A stretch of 64,000 nucleotides of DNA, from the NCBI GenBank assembly GCA_036172245.1, contig JAYWIR010000020.1:1-64000 (forward strand), written 5' to 3'. Source of the stretch: Raillietiella orientalis. Lineage: Eukaryota. Below are positions 12,380-25,720 of this stretch, one piece after another; within the stretch, counting starts at the first letter, position 1, and each line of letters begins with the position of its first letter. The position numbers and the translations under genes are program-made. The notes below the pieces were generated by a model. That model did no database searches. It saw nothing but the letters and a program-made list of their open reading frames with translations, and was not told the origin of the DNA.

Positions 12380-13330
12380 ATTTCCTTAGAGAGGTGGCTC
12401 TTAGGAGAGTCTACCTACTCGCACGTCGACTGCTGCTGCGTAGTGGGCGGCCTGCTGGGCTTCGAGAGCAGCCCACCGCCTAGCCTTAGGCTGAGTTGTG
12501 GATCACCTTCATGCTGTCTCTCGTGTGCAGTTCCTGCCGGAGTCGCCGTGAGGTTCGTGTGGGAGGACCTTCGCCGGATGGCGTGCGGCCATTGGTGAGA
12601 CCCCATTGGTGAGCGGCAGTGGGCGATGGAGAGCTGGGCTCCATTTCTAGAGATGACTCCCACCTTTTAGAATGCTACAGAGAGTGGGCAGGGAACTTAT
12701 TGGTGGGTTTCGAAGGCTCTTTAGAAGCTGTATTCCTCCGAAGAATCTGATTTTTCACCGGAGGGCGCTTCGAGCGAACGCACTCCGAAGCCTCCCACTC
12801 CCCACAGAACACAAAAGAGATGCTTCACTTCTGGAAGGGGGAGAGGGGAGCAGGAGGACGACAACTGCCGAATAGATGAGCTGTAGTGAAGAGGACGCGT
12901 AACTAGAGAGAAGGGGAATCTCGGAAAGCGCTGAAGGGAGGAAGCGCCATCTTTAGAGGAATCCCAGAGGAGACTTGGGCTGGCAGCGAAAGCACTTGCG
13001 CTCCAGCGATGTGGGTGGCTCTTCATCTGTTTGGGGGTCGGTCGGGAAGCAAAGGGAGACTGCACCCTCCACATGAAAAGGAATCCGGTCGACGCGAAGG
13101 AGACGAGTGTGACCTCCTGTGTCTTTTCAGAGACCGGCTTCGCCACTTCTGAAACGAAGGAAATTTTTCGCCGAAGATGCTGATGTTTTGGCGCCGATAG
13201 GGAGTTCTCTTGCCTTCGCAGCTTCCTTGACAGGGTAGAGGGTGGAAAGCCGGCGGCAGCTCCGGTCGACTACGCACCCGTCGCTCCGGGGTGCGCGAGG
13301 AGGCGCTGGAATGCTCAGGGTCCTTCACGC
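12380..13330 (-). mobile_element. Ty3/Gypsy reverse transcriptase-RNase H remnant
   Basis: Collinear decayed motifs: ELPPAFHPL (NAPATFQRL), PYRRQNISIFG (VY.DDILIF), GFLFMWRV...SRPTPKQMKSH..W (FLGH.VS..GI.PDP.KV.AI..W), LQRFPRFPFSLVTRPLH (YRRFIP.FS..A.PL), RAFETH, ARRWAAL. Confidence 0.55.
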
Positions 13331-13729
13331 GTTCCGATTGGCTTTCGTGTCTCCTGAGCAGCGCGGACCCCTCGCTGTTCTGAGCAGCGGGCTAAGACGC
13401 CTGTCGGAGAGGCGTGGAAGGTTCCTCTCTTTCACTTCACTCCACTTTTTCCTTTCTCTCTGTTTTTGTTTTTGTTTTTTGTTGCCTTCCTGACTGCGGT
13501 CCAATAAGCTGACGGCCGCCGCCGGCCATCCATGTCCTTTCGCCCGGATGGTTTCCTTGAATCTCGCCCGCTGAGGTTCGCACGTGTCTGGATCCGCTGC
13601 GGAATTCCTGGAAGAGCACCGATGACCTCGGTTTGCAAGCCCCAGCCAAAGGACTGCATCGAGTTGTTCACAAGTCTTTTAGGTAAGCTGAGCATGCAGG
13701 TAATCCCTGGAGCTCGTGCTCTCCCTCTC

Positions 13730-14304
13730 ATATCCCCCCTCCCAAAGGAAGCACGATTCTTTGTTCTTCGCATTCCTCTGTGGAAATGTTCCTTGACAGC
13801 TGTCTAAAGGAAGCTGCAAAGAAAAGAAGGAACTGACGCCTCTAGCCTTGGTACCAGGCAGGAGCGTGGCAACGCAACTTCTCAGAGGAAGGAGCGCTCC
13901 TGGTGAGGACAACGGCTCTCCGGTGGCATCGGGTCTCCTTGGGGACGAACTGCTAAGCAGAAGCATCACGTCATCATCGCGAAGCGTGCACTGCGATAGC
14001 ATCACCACGGGAGGGCAGGATTGCGATCACCGTGGTGTGCCCCTTCCACCTCCCATCGATCGGCGCCCGTTTGCAGAGAGTTGCGAACTTTCCGGGTCAC
14101 GTGATCCCGGCCCGTGCCGGCATCGGGTTCGAAATAGGCCACGCTTGCCGGAGCACGAAGGAACCTTCCGGAACCAAACACCGGCATCCGCTGGAGGGAT
14201 GGGGAGTAGGAGGGGAGGGCCGCTGCTTCTCCCTGGTGTCGGAAGCGCGCAACAGAGCCCCAGAAGCATGCGGGAAGAGATCATGCACCCGGAAGCGGTG
14301 AGCC
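13730..14304 (-). repeat. dispersed repeat family A, copy 4
   Basis: The reverse complement matches 9766-10338 (without 9944-10051) and 9130-9310. Confidence 0.92.
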
Positions 14305-14639
14305 ATGCAAGCCCCGTCGATGCGCACATGCCTTGAACGAACTCTTAACAGAGCAGCTTTCGCATCAAAAGAAGCTGAGCGTCCTTCCTGAAGGACACTC
14401 CCAGCTCCGGAGATGCATTTCTTGAAGATGCAAGAATGGTGCATGATCGGGGAGCTGCAAATCTGCAGTTCTTCCGTTCCCGTGCAGCTCATCTTTTGGA
14501 CTATTCTTTTCTCTTGGATTTCTTCCTTGACACTCCTCTTTTCGAGGACAGCTTGCCAGCCCGAACTACTTTGCCTCTTCGATGTAAAGAAAGTGCTGTG
14601 CAGATGACCTCTGACTTTTTAACCCTCAACGCGACACTT

Positions 14640-14970
14640 CAGTGTTCCTGGACTGTCTTTCTCAACTCGCGCAATAGTCACGCGGCTTCTGGAGTTTCAC
14701 ACAAAGCGATTTCCTGCCGGAGGGCAAGTTTTCCTTTGATACGTGTCCCGATCCGCGTGGAGAGTGTAAACATGCGAACTATCTGGGACGACCCTCCGAA
14801 CAAACCACGAATGCATACGATTCCTACCCGTATTGCAAAGCCCCGACGCTTCCCTGTTCTCTCCAGGACAGGACTGCCGGTTCACTTCCATCGACATGTG
14901 TCAAAACCTCGAATTCTGAGATCGAACCTTCAGCTGCTGCACGATGGTGGCGTGACATTCGTACGCACAG
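14640..14970 (-). mobile_element. possible decayed THAP-domain ORF (DNA transposon accessory or transposase N-terminus)
   Basis: SWFVRRVVPDSSHVYTLH followed by KLALRQEIAL loosely resembles the THAP motif W...P....VCS.HF...L...AVP. The key Cys residues are missing. Confidence 0.2.
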
Positions 14971-15543
14971 CGCTGCATGCCTCCCTTTTTTCTTCCTTTA
15001 CGGCTTGCCCCATTCCCTCGTCTTCGCATCTCCTTCTTCGTCCTCCACTCCTCTCTCCGACAAGGCCTTGGCCCAAAGATTTCCTCTCTTTCCCTTCCTC
15101 CCTTTTATTCCCCTTCCTCTTCTTCCGGCTCTTCCTGTCCTACTCGAGAGAGCGGCTGGCAGCTCTCCTCACAGGAACCGACCGTAAGCGAGACATCCCA
15201 GACTCCGGTTTCAGGAAGGAAGGCTCCATCTGCATCCTGCGCTTTTCGCCGAGTACTGAGTCCTCCCGGACAGCTTCCTCAGCGAGGACAGTTGGCGGCC
15301 GGCCCTGCTCCTTCACGAATCGGCGAGAGAGGGCGGAGAGTGGACGGCCGCGCGCCTGCCCAGGGAACATCGAATGAGACTCCGCCGGTGCCTCTGCTGC
15401 CCTTCTGTTCTCCCTGTCCCTCCCCCCTACCTCCTCCCGGCACGGACCTCTCCCCGCGCGCAGTAGTCTGAGCCTCCCTTGCCGTCCATGCGGTCCGGCG
15501 GCGGTCGCGCATCCTCGGAGGACTCCTCGTAGAGGTCCCGTCC

Positions 15544-15763
15544 ATGGCCAGAGCGTCCTCTACGGCGGGGCGCATCCGCCACTACCTGCGCATATTTGTG
15601 GCCCACCTCTTCAGCCATGTGGGCCTCTGTGGCCTAGTGGTCGGCTATTCCATCATGGGCGCCTTCCTGTTCGAGAGGATCGAGGCGGACTTCGAGCTGC
15701 AGCAAAGGAGGAGGATGGCAGTGTCCCGGGCGAAGTGTCTCCAGGACCTCTGGAACATCACAG
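15544..15763 (+). CDS. TWiK-family two-pore-domain K+ channel (K2P), coding exon 1 (N-terminus, TM1, cap helix)
   Basis: MARASSTAGRIRHYLRIFVAHLFSHVGLCGLVVGYSIMGAFLFERIEADFE...LWNIT is typical of arthropod/nematode TWK-like channels. Strong GC3 bias. Ends ACA G|GTGGGG (phase 1). Confidence 0.9.
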
Positions 15764-17913
15764 GTGGGGCAGGAGCGGGGAGACTCCAAGGGTTTCGCGG
15801 CGGCGATGCGTGAGGCTGCCTTCAGCAGCCCTTCCCCTCTGCGCGGGAGGAAGAGGTCGGGTGAGGAAGGCCGAAGGTTCCTCCCGCTCTTCCTTTCCTT
15901 CCCCTCTCGCGCATCCCCAGCGCGCTCCTTTAGACCAGCTCCCCCCTCTCCAGGGAGATGGGAACGGCGAAACACGAGGGAGGAGTCCGCTCTGGAGCCA
16001 AGAGTTGCGTCGTGTCGCGGTCCGCTCCGGAAAAAACTGGGAACGAGGAGAGAGAGCCATCGGGGCGGTCTGGAAGGACCCCTTTGTTCCCCTCCCCCTC
16101 TTAACTGCTGGAAGCGCGAGACTTCCCTGCAAGAAGGCTCTCCCTGAGAGGGGTAGAGGATACGAGCGAGGGGGAGCGGAAGGGAGGCCATCCCACCTCT
16201 TCCGTCGAGTGGGGATCGAATTACCTGGCAACGATAGAACTGTCGATCAGGCAGAAAAAGGGGAGGGAGGGGCTAGGTATCCCAGAACCACCGGACACGA
16301 GGAGGGGAGGAAGACCATCCTTCGGGAACCAACGCGGCGAGCGCGAGGGTTGGAGGAGGAGAGTCGACAGGACCACCGCGATCCATGACTCTCCGCGGAA
16401 TCCCCAAGAACGCCGGGGACGCCTCACTCCTTGGAACTTCTTTACTCACCCCCGAGCTGGGAAGGGCTGGTCCCTGCGAACTTGGGAGCCTCCCGCCTCC
16501 TACGCCCATCCCTCTGCGGAAGGGGGCTATGTACGCAGCTTCGAGACGGGGTCAGGGATGGACAGTCCCTCCCTCTTGCTCCCTTTAGAATGGCCCTTTC
16601 CTCGCTCCCCCTACGAGAGATGTTACTCGTTCCCGTACGCCCGAATCGGGGAGTGCTCTCAGGGAAGACAGGGAGTCCACCGGGTGAAGGAAGTTAGTCG
16701 AGGTCTCCTGCGGGACCCTGTGGAAACCCTGTCCGCAGCGCTTCCCGATCTCTCACGGAGGCACGAAAAGAATCGGCTACCGATTCAAACAATCCCAGGT
16801 TCGCCTCCCGGTTCCCGAAGGAGCTTGCCGCTTCCCGATAAGGAGTCCAAATCCGGGATGAGAGGGAGCAGAGCGGTTTCGGGAACTTGATGGACCATTC
16901 ACGACACCCCTTCCCCTCGCTGTCCCCACCCTCACGCAAGCAGGCGCAGCCCATCCTCCAGTAAAGGCAAATCACGAGGGTGAGCGGTCCTCGACAAACC
17001 CGTCGCTCCGCCTGCTTCGTGAAGAAGAGGGGAAGGAGAGGAGGGAGACAACCCAGCATCTCGCGGTCTGCTGCTAGGCTGCGGAGCCCTGCCGGGAGGG
17101 CACTTCCTTTCAGAGAAGCCCCCTAGAACCCCATCCAGGAGGATCCTCTGCCTCACCCTGTTCCTTCCCCTTATCTCGTGCCTTCTCCAGAGAGCTCTGG
17201 GGAGTACTGAGCGTTCCGGGTGCTCGGAGGATCTTCCAGACGGAGCGCCGACCCAGCAGTCTCCTCCTCTTCCCTGCTGCCGTCCCCCGTTCGCCACGAG
17301 GAAGAACCGCAGATCTGCCTATGAGAGATATTCGCTCAGCATCCTGAGGAGTGGGTTTCTTCGCGCCAGGTGCCGAGTCCGTAAGGGAAAAAGCTCTCCC
17401 GGGAATCCGGTCAGAGAAGGAGCGCGGAAGCGGCGCAAGCACCCTCGAAACGGCCCTCTTTCGGGGATACGAGAACGATTACCAGGGGTGGGAGGGTATC
17501 GCCGCGGTTTGCAAACACCTTATTAGCCCCCATTTTTTTCACCACACATCCTATTCAGTCTTCCTCCCTCTCTGAGAGGGAAGAGAGAGAGATGGAAGGT
17601 CACCCACCTCCCTCCGCTTGAGTAAGTCTCTGCCTCAGCGGTGGGAGCCGGGGAGGAAGGAGCCCGAAGCGCATTTTCCCTCCCAAGCGACGACGGCTCG
17701 GGAACAGACGCTCCTCTCCTTCTCTTCCTGAGGCCCCTCGAGGGGGTGAAACCGGGGACGTCCTCGGTCGTCGGAAGAGACAGGACGAGAGGTCTCCCCC
17801 TTCCCCTCCGCAGTCCGTGGAGGTCCAGCAAGGTCGGAGTGACGCTCCCCTCTTCCCTCGCGCAGGACCCGGGCGGGTGATCCGGACTCTCAATGACGCA
17901 CCGTTTCTACCAG

Positions 17914-18102
17914 AGTCCCTGAACATCCTGTACGAGGAGAGGTGGAAGGCCCTGGTCAGGACCCGTCTGAAGACGTTCGAGACCGGCGTCCTGCAGGCGG
18001 CAAAGAACGACGGGTACGACGGGAAAGAGCCCGAGGACACCGAGCGCCAGTGGGCCTTCAGCGGCTCCCTGCTGTACTCGGTGACCATCATCACGACCAT
18101 AG
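17914..18102 (+). CDS. TWiK-family K2P channel, coding exon 2 (cap and first pore helix up to TTIG)
   Basis: Acceptor TTCTACCAG|AG completes Glu in phase 1. Encodes ESLNILYEERW...DGYDG...QWAFSGSLLYSVTIITTIG. Donor G|GTGAGC splits the first Gly of the GYG filter. Confidence 0.93.
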
Positions 18103-21100
18103 GTGAGCCCTGGGGACACGTCTCAGACGGGACGAGCGAAGTTCACCGGGTAGCGAGTAGGGGGGGCTGGCTACCTCTCCGTCCGTCGTGGTCACGTGTG
18201 GGAGCCTCCCTGTCCCTACCCACGGCACCTCTACGCCCGCAAGACCCCGACCCTTCATCCCTCTTCCTTGCCATCCTTCTCCCCTCTCTTCCGGAAGGGG
18301 AGAGCGAGGGTCCGGAACACGAGTTTCCGGACCCATCTCGCCCTGACGGGCAGCTGGGCTTGCTCTGCCTCCCCCCCGACCGGGAACGAGCAAGCCTAGC
18401 CCTGGCTCGCCCGACTCCACTGCTCCGAACCGATTCCCCCCCCCCCCCCCCCTCTCTGCCGTCTATGGGATGACGGCCGGACGCCTGTCCTTCCCTAGAT
18501 TCTGCATTGCGAGCATCCCCCGTCCCGACCCCTTTCTCTGGGAAAGCGGCGTGGAGCACCCCGCGGCGACTGTTGCCCGTGAACGGGAAGAAGGAACAGG
18601 AAAGGACGCTCGATGAGCCTCCGCTCCTTTTTGATCGTGCTACGATCTGCTTCCAATTACTCCGAAGGGAGGATGCTGGAGACGGATAAGAGGTGATGGA
18701 TCGGCGGGGGATGCGCTGAAGTGGGGGGATCGGCTTGACAGGAAGAGGAGAGGGGGGGGGGAACTTTTTCTCCTCTTCCTCCCTCCCTTCACTCTTTCGT
18801 CCTCAACCGATCGCTGCAGCTCCCCCATGGTCCGGGAGAAACGGTGCGCGCTCGTCGGCCCTCCCACGCGGCCCCGCGCAAGCAGCAGCAACGGAAGCGC
18901 GGGTGCAGGACTAGCAAACCTTGCCGGAATTCTCTTCCCTCCCTCTTCCTCGATTTCCTCCGCACTCTTCCTGTGTCTTCTGGCCAGGACGACATGCTTG
19001 TTATCCTTTCTTCCCTGGGAGAGGGATACCCTGAGATCTGGAGCACACTCCCTGATTGCGATCCGACACGCCCCACCCCTGTCTCGGTCTCCCACACCTA
19101 CGCCGTTGCTGCAGCGACTGTCAGCGCCGCGCGAGCCATTCCGAGGGGCGGTCATTCTCTGGGAAGGGGGGAGAGAGGAAGTTCGGAATCTCTTAGCTGT
19201 GAGGACAGAGATCAGGGCCCTTCCTCCCACGGGAGTCAGTGAGAAAACAAGTCCCGTGAACGCCAGCCGACCGACCGACCCCTTGCCGTGTCCCTCTTCC
19301 TCCCCCGCAGGCGCTCCCCCTTCGATGATTCCCGTTCCATTCCAAAGCGGACCCGGGCACCTCCGTCTCGCAAGGGAGCGGAAAAACGGAGGCAGTGTAG
19401 CTGTTCCTGGGGAGGAGGGAGCAGCCCATCTCCAGGGAGGGCGCGATGGACAGGAAGCCCAACCCGTGCAGGCGGGATCCGGGTGGGTGGATCGCCCTCC
19501 GGACCCAGAACCAGGGGAAGCGGCGACGGCCCCCGCCCTTGGCCAGCTCCTGAGCCTCACGAACGATCGCCAAGGCATGTCGCCAAGCGGCGCGCCACCA
19601 GCGTGGGCGCTCCAGCAGAGAATGCGCGCGGACCGCGAAGGAACTGCCTCTCTCCCTGCCCTTCCTTTTGCGCCGGAAGGGGCGAGGGTGGATGAGGGAG
19701 TGGGGCGAGCAGCTCGGAAGAACCGACGCCGACGCCGAGGGACGTCAGCGGGGGGAGCATCTACTGCTCGAACAGAGGGAAGGACCCCAAACCCATCCTG
19801 AAGACCGGAAGGTGGGGTGGCGGATGGTGGCGGAGTAGGCGATGAGGATGACCAGGTGTCTGGAAGACCCCCGTCTCTCAGGATGGGCGGGAGACCAGAA
19901 GTCCTCCGCCCTTCTTCCTCGCCTCACGGTCCTGATGGCGTTGCGGAGAGCTACCTTTCCTAGAGAGCCTCCGGCTTACAGGAAGGACGGCAGCAGTGCC
20001 GCAGAGAGAGAGGAGTGAAGTCCGGAGATGGTAGGATGCTGCCCTCGTGTCCAACCTGCATCCGCGGGACGTGGAATCCCCCTGCCCGTTCGGTCTCCGC
20101 CTCCAGGAAAAGCATTGCCGGGAGCAGCGACACCTGGCTCGCTCGACTCGCCGGAGGGGACGCCCACAGTTCAAGTGAGACGGGGGAAGGCGATGACGCG
20201 CCCTCCCGCCCGGGGGAGTGTCGCGGATGCGCAGTTCGAAGGAACGCGGCGCCTGCGAGTGGGGGCCGGCTGCGGCGTGTGGGTTGCCTCACTTTACGCG
20301 CCATCTGGTGACGTGGGGCGCGTCCTTCGTCCTCCCTGCCTCCCTCTCCCTTTTTCCTTTCTCTCTCTCTCTCACTCTCCACGACGGACCGGACCGTCGC
20401 CCGCGATCCGGACGAATTGCAACGCGGAGCCCCGCTGATACGAAACGCAGGACCAGCAGTGCAAGGGGGACACATGTGCTTTTCTTTCGGCACCAGGATC
20501 TGCTCCCGCTACTCGGGAGCGCCCTTTGTTCCTTTTGCGCTCCCCTGAGAATGAAGTGGGGAAGCAGCAGCATGGTTCTCTTTCACTCCGCTCGCCGTCT
20601 GTCCAGCCGGGAAAGAACCGGTAGTGCGCCGGGGGTTCAGAGGGAAATTCAGGGCTCGGAAGAACGTGCTAGAAAGGGGTAGTGAACCACTCGCCTTCTT
20701 CTACCAAGACCGATTTGTGAAGGGGACGGAAGAGGACCCCTGGTCGCCTCCTATCCAGAGTGCATCTGGAGTCCCGGAGGCACGAATTCTGGTGCCTCAC
20801 ATCCGGCATCCAATGAAAGGACACAGCAGACTTTAATCTCTTCGCCTCCTGGACTAATACGTTCTCTCCCGTAGGTTCGCTTTCCTGCGTTCGCTTTCGT
20901 ACTTCCGTTTGCCTTTCGCAGTTAGCGCTCCCGTTCCCTACCGCGTGGCCACCTCGTGATCTCGCCGGGAATTTTTGGCATTGAGGCGGATCATCCGTCG
21001 TCCACGACCTCACTCGACGCCTCGGGAAGCTGAGTCCGCCGCTGCAGCATCTCCTCCAAAATCACAGCCCTCTTGGGGATGGATTCTTCGAATTCTCCTC

Positions 21101-24100
21101 TGACGCATCTGTGCCTACGACCAACGACGCGGTGAACGACGATCCTTCTGCAGGGCGGCGGTAACGGTTGCAAGTCCCTGCTGATACATCTACCCTTCCT
21201 CCTGCGTTCCTGTGGAAGATCCGTCTCTCCTTCCTCGTCCCTCAATGACCTTCTTGCCCCCCCTTCCCCCTTTCCACGGGCATATCCCCGCACCGCTCGA
21301 CCTGCCGTAGCGACGGCGCTCCCCGTACTGTCGTGCGTTTCCACGAGGCAATCCGCACGATCGGAAGCAAAGTGGCGGCAAGGAGACTGGACTCAGGGTA
21401 CTCGAGCCAACCTCGAAGAGGGTAGGGAGATGAAGGATCATCAGTTCTGCAGGCATGGGATGAATTTCTCCCCTCCCCCTTTTTTGTTTTTTTTATTATT
21501 TTGCTGGTTGCGGTTGCCGTTTGCATATTTTTGCTTCCTCGGAAACTCCTGGCTCTTGGTTTCCATGAACGCACGGAGATGCTGGGCGTCGCCGCCGCCC
21601 GGAACGCCAGCTGCACGAAGAAAAATTGACGAAAACAAGACGGCCCCATTGAGAAGTTCCCCACCCACCCCAGGCAAAGGCAGCCGGAGCGAAGTTTCTT
21701 CCTGAGAAGAGAATCCTCTGTACCCTTCCGGGAATCTACGAGCCGCGCCTCGTTGTTGAGGACCACCGGACGGAAAACGGTCCGGACGGACAAGAAAATC
21801 GGATTTCGGCGGGAGCGAGGGGGAAGTCTCCGTTTCGCGGATGGGTGCAGTGGACGACGACCTGGGCGCGAGGCGTCTCCGGGAGAATGCAGAGCTTGAG
21901 GTGGTAGCGCCCGGTGACCGCCGCCGCTCCCGGAAAACGCACTTCCCGAGATGACGGGAAGCTTGCTCGAGAGCAGTGAACGGAGGAGCCAGAATTCCTG
22001 CCTTCCAGGATCAGCGCACGCGCCGAAAGACTCCGCCTTAAGGCGAGATCTCCGGCCGTTCCGTCCCGTTCCTCTTGGCTAAAGGCAGCGCCCCAGAACG
22101 GGGGAAAAGCGAACCTCGCTCTGAGGAGGAGGCGGTCTGCACCAGAGTACCCCAATTCTATCCCCTCCTTCCCACCCATCGGACGCACCGCAGCACGTGA
22201 CACGGGACTGGTCGCTCGAGCAGGAAGCAGGGTGGATGCTGTGATCGTGTGCTCCCGTCCTGCGCTGTCCATTCCTTCACGGGAGGAGGAGAAGCAGGGT
22301 ACATCGCGCGGACGCCCCTGAGGGGTACGCACAACCTAAGGTCAAGTCGGGTTCCTCCCTCCGTCGGAGAGTCCCGTCCCCGGCGGCCTCACCCGTCCAT
22401 GAGTCTTCCCTCACGAAAGGGGCGAGTCGGCCAGAGACGGTGAGAGAACTCCGTGGCACGCAGGGCATCCGCTGACCACCCTCCTCGCAGAGTCCCACGC
22501 GTCACTTAGTAAGATGCTGGGATCTGGCGCGTTCGCCACCAGTGCATTTCCTCCCGGTTCACGGCCTCTCCGTGGCGGAAGAACCGAAGAGGTCTTTCTG
22601 ACGCCGCATTTTGCTTAGGGAAGCCGCAGGTCACCCCCCAGTGAAGCGCCCTCCCGTGTATGAAGAAGTGGGAGGGGGAGGGCAAAAGTCTTCAAGAATT
22701 CTGGTCAGGAGCTTCAGACTCGCACCTTTCGCTTTTCTTGTATGCTGGAGGACGACTCCCTCCCGTGTAACCAGGGACGAAAAATGTGGTGCTTCGCAGG
22801 GACCTTCGTGGAGACGGAAAGCGATGGTCGCACTTGCATCCCGGTTGCCAGGAAGCTCGGAGAAGGGCGTTTCATCCGTTTCCTGTTCTTTCCTTCGCGA
22901 GTGACTCCGAGAGTGCCGCGCTGCTTTCGAATGCGCTGACTGATCTCGGTAGCAATCTCCAAAACCGTCCCAAAACATCCTTGGACCCGCTCTGGACTCC
23001 GATCACTTTTCAGGGAGACCCGCGCGAATGAAACGGCAGAAGGTCCAATAGCCGAGCACCGCGATGTGTACGACCATTTTCCGCACACGACTCTCCGGTC
23101 ACCGATGACGTACCGAATCAAGAGGAGGATAGTGCTTTCTCCCATGAGAAGAGGACACCCTTTTCCTCAGAGCACGCTCTCAGACACTTCGCCCCCTTCC
23201 TCGGTCTGCAACTTCGCGAGATCGAAAACGAATGATGTGAAAGAAGAAGAAAAAATCACCATCGGCGCGCCTTTTCCGGAAGGCCATTCGCGAGCGAAGT
23301 ATCTCCGCGAGGAAGATTGTGCGGTGGGCAGTCGCATGCTGCGTGCTGAGGCCCCTCCAGCTACGCTGCCGACGAAGCCACGGCGGTTCCTCACTGAGCT
23401 CAGCCACGGAAGGAACTCGGCTCCAGAGCTCTTCCTGCGCCACAGCGAGTTTGGCGCAATTTATTCTTGCAGCTTAGGTATTTCTCTTCGATAAACCAAT
23501 GACGAGTAATAAAAAAGAGCTGGAATGGGCAGGAGGGGAGAGTGGCATCAAAGGAAACGAGAGCCCTCGATGGAGATGGAAAGAAGTTACTGGTGAATAA
23601 ATCTGTCAGAGATGAGATCGTGAAAGCACTCTCTTTGGTAGAGAAATACACGGGATCGCCCGATAAGGAAGATCAGCGATTCCTCTTTGTTTTCTTTTTT
23701 TTTTTTGGCTTTCTCGTTCCTCTCCGAGAAACTGTCGCTGATGAGGAAGCCCGCTCAACGCGGATCGGAGACGATCTGTCTGTTTTGACTGCGGTCTTGC
23801 ATGCCCACCAGATATCGACTGACTCCGGCGTGAATCCGGCGGAACGCCATGTTGCGTCGATGGCGAGAAATCCGCGCTCGTGCGGAACGCGTCATTAAAA
23901 TCCAAAAAAAAATAATGTGCAGAAAAGAGCTCTGGCACCACTGCCACTTGAAGCAGGGCGTTCGATCCCAATTTAGGGAAATTTCTTTGCAATCTTCAGC
24001 TGCTCGGTCCTGAAATGGGGTTGCTACGATGGGACCCTGGGGACTTCACGCAGCCAGTGAATTCTTTTGGGTTTTTTGCTTCTTCTTCTTCTTAAAAGGA

Positions 24101-24327
24101 CCAGTAGCGACCAGGGAAGATCGTTATTATTGACCTAGGATGGAAGGAATCCCTCAGGGTTCTTTTGTTTTCGCTGCTTTCCTTCCACCTTTTTTTGTTC
24201 TTTTTTGGTTCGCCAAGTGCTGAAAAACCGTCCGCTTCCTCAGAGGGAGCTCACAAAGCTCTTGAGCGCTGTCCACGTCACCCGAGGGGGCATGTGACTC
24301 TTCAAGTTACAGGGGGTAAACCTGGAG

Positions 24328-24600
24328 TGGCCACCCTATGAATCCAAGAAGCTCCGGGCGAAGGAGTCCGTTCCTATTATGCTTGACAGAGAACCCTGAA
24401 GAGCACACTCTCCCTGGTTGTCTCCGAAGGGAACCCCTAAAAGAGCCTCTTCCTCATTCCTCATTCGCTTCTCACTTCTTCTCCGTCGGGAACCCGCAAG
24501 GGAACTGCTCCCTGTTGCTCCTCTGAAGAGAACCCCGAATTCCCAATTTCTCTGGGGGGCGCCTCCCCAAAAGGGGTAGCGCGCTTCTGACACTCTGGAG
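24328..24600 (+). mobile_element. solo end of the TIR element family seen at 53671-55327
   Basis: Starts GGCCACCCTATGAATCC and contains the same TCTCCGAAGGGAACCC-type subrepeats as 53671-53950. A shorter similar end lies at 25211-25246 (AGGGACCACCCTAACTAATCCAGGAATGCT). Confidence 0.75.
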
Positions 24601-25559
24601 AGGCATCAACCAGCTCCATGGTACGCGATACAATGTGGCCCCATTTTCACAACCGGTTGGGAACTCCGAAGGGGACCGGCTCGTTTGTTTTGGGAGGATC
24701 CCAGATGGTCAACTTCCAATCCCGGTCAGCCAAGAGAGGCTTTCAGCTTCCACCAATCACTGAGGCATACAGGCCAACCAGAGTCATCTCGAGGGGGGGG
24801 CTCCAAACCCACGACGCGCGTCCCATTTCTCGGAGTGTCGATCCTTCCGCGGACGGGATTCGAAGCGCTTGGTGCTGCCGCGCGCGGTGGCCGCAGCCAC
24901 ACGGCCGCCAGCCCGGGCAAACGCTGGTTTCTTTGTGTGCGCGTGCGAAAGGCCAGCATCGACCTCCCGAAAAGATCGTTCCTATCCATGATGAAAGTCT
25001 TGTGGGCTCTTCCATCTGATCCTTTCTCCTCCCAGCTTCTGTTTTTTCGGTTTTCCTTCTTTTTCGGCTCCCAAGAAGTACTCAGGAACAGTTCGACTCC
25101 CGGGGGCCTTGGAGCGGCTCGACGATGCTGCCACACGCGGGTTCACAATTCCCTTAAAGCAAGGTCACGCCACCCGGAGGTGCTGCAACTCAGCCAGGGA
25201 GAAACCTCAAAGGGACCACCCTAACTAATCCAGGAATGCTCCGAGGGTGCAATCTCTCCCTCTTGTCGTCTCCGAATGCTTTCGGTTCTTCGTGTGTCAC
25301 TTCACGTGCGCATGCGTGTTTTCCGCTCGTGAAACCGTCATGGTCTCGCAACCAGGACCACTTTCGGAAAGGCTGAGGAAACGAGATAATCACACAGGGG
25401 GCATCGGCCAGCGTGTCTACGAGCTGCCTATGCGCGTAGCGGACAGCGCACCACCCCGGCGCCTGCGCAGTTCGCAAGCTGCCGAACGAGACATTGTGCG
25501 CACCGTGCAACCGCGGAGTTATTATTAAATGCCACTTCGTCGCATTTATTTATTTTTTT

Positions 25560-25720
25560 TCTGCCATAAAGTCGCACGAGTTTGTTTCACGTGGAAGTTT
25601 GACACGCATCTGGAGTTACAGAAAGCATACTTTTGAGAATGCTTCTCTGAGAAACAAAGTTTCGGCTGAGGGAACTCTTCCTCCTTCGAAGAACGGACAG
25701 CAGTATCTGCTTTTCCCATT
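25560..25720 (-). mobile_element. possible hAT transposase C-terminal dimerisation domain remnant
   Basis: RVPSAETLFLREAFSKVCFL*LQMRVKLPRET resembles PATS..SER.FSKAG......R.RL..E. Lies in a locally AT-richer block. Confidence 0.35.
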
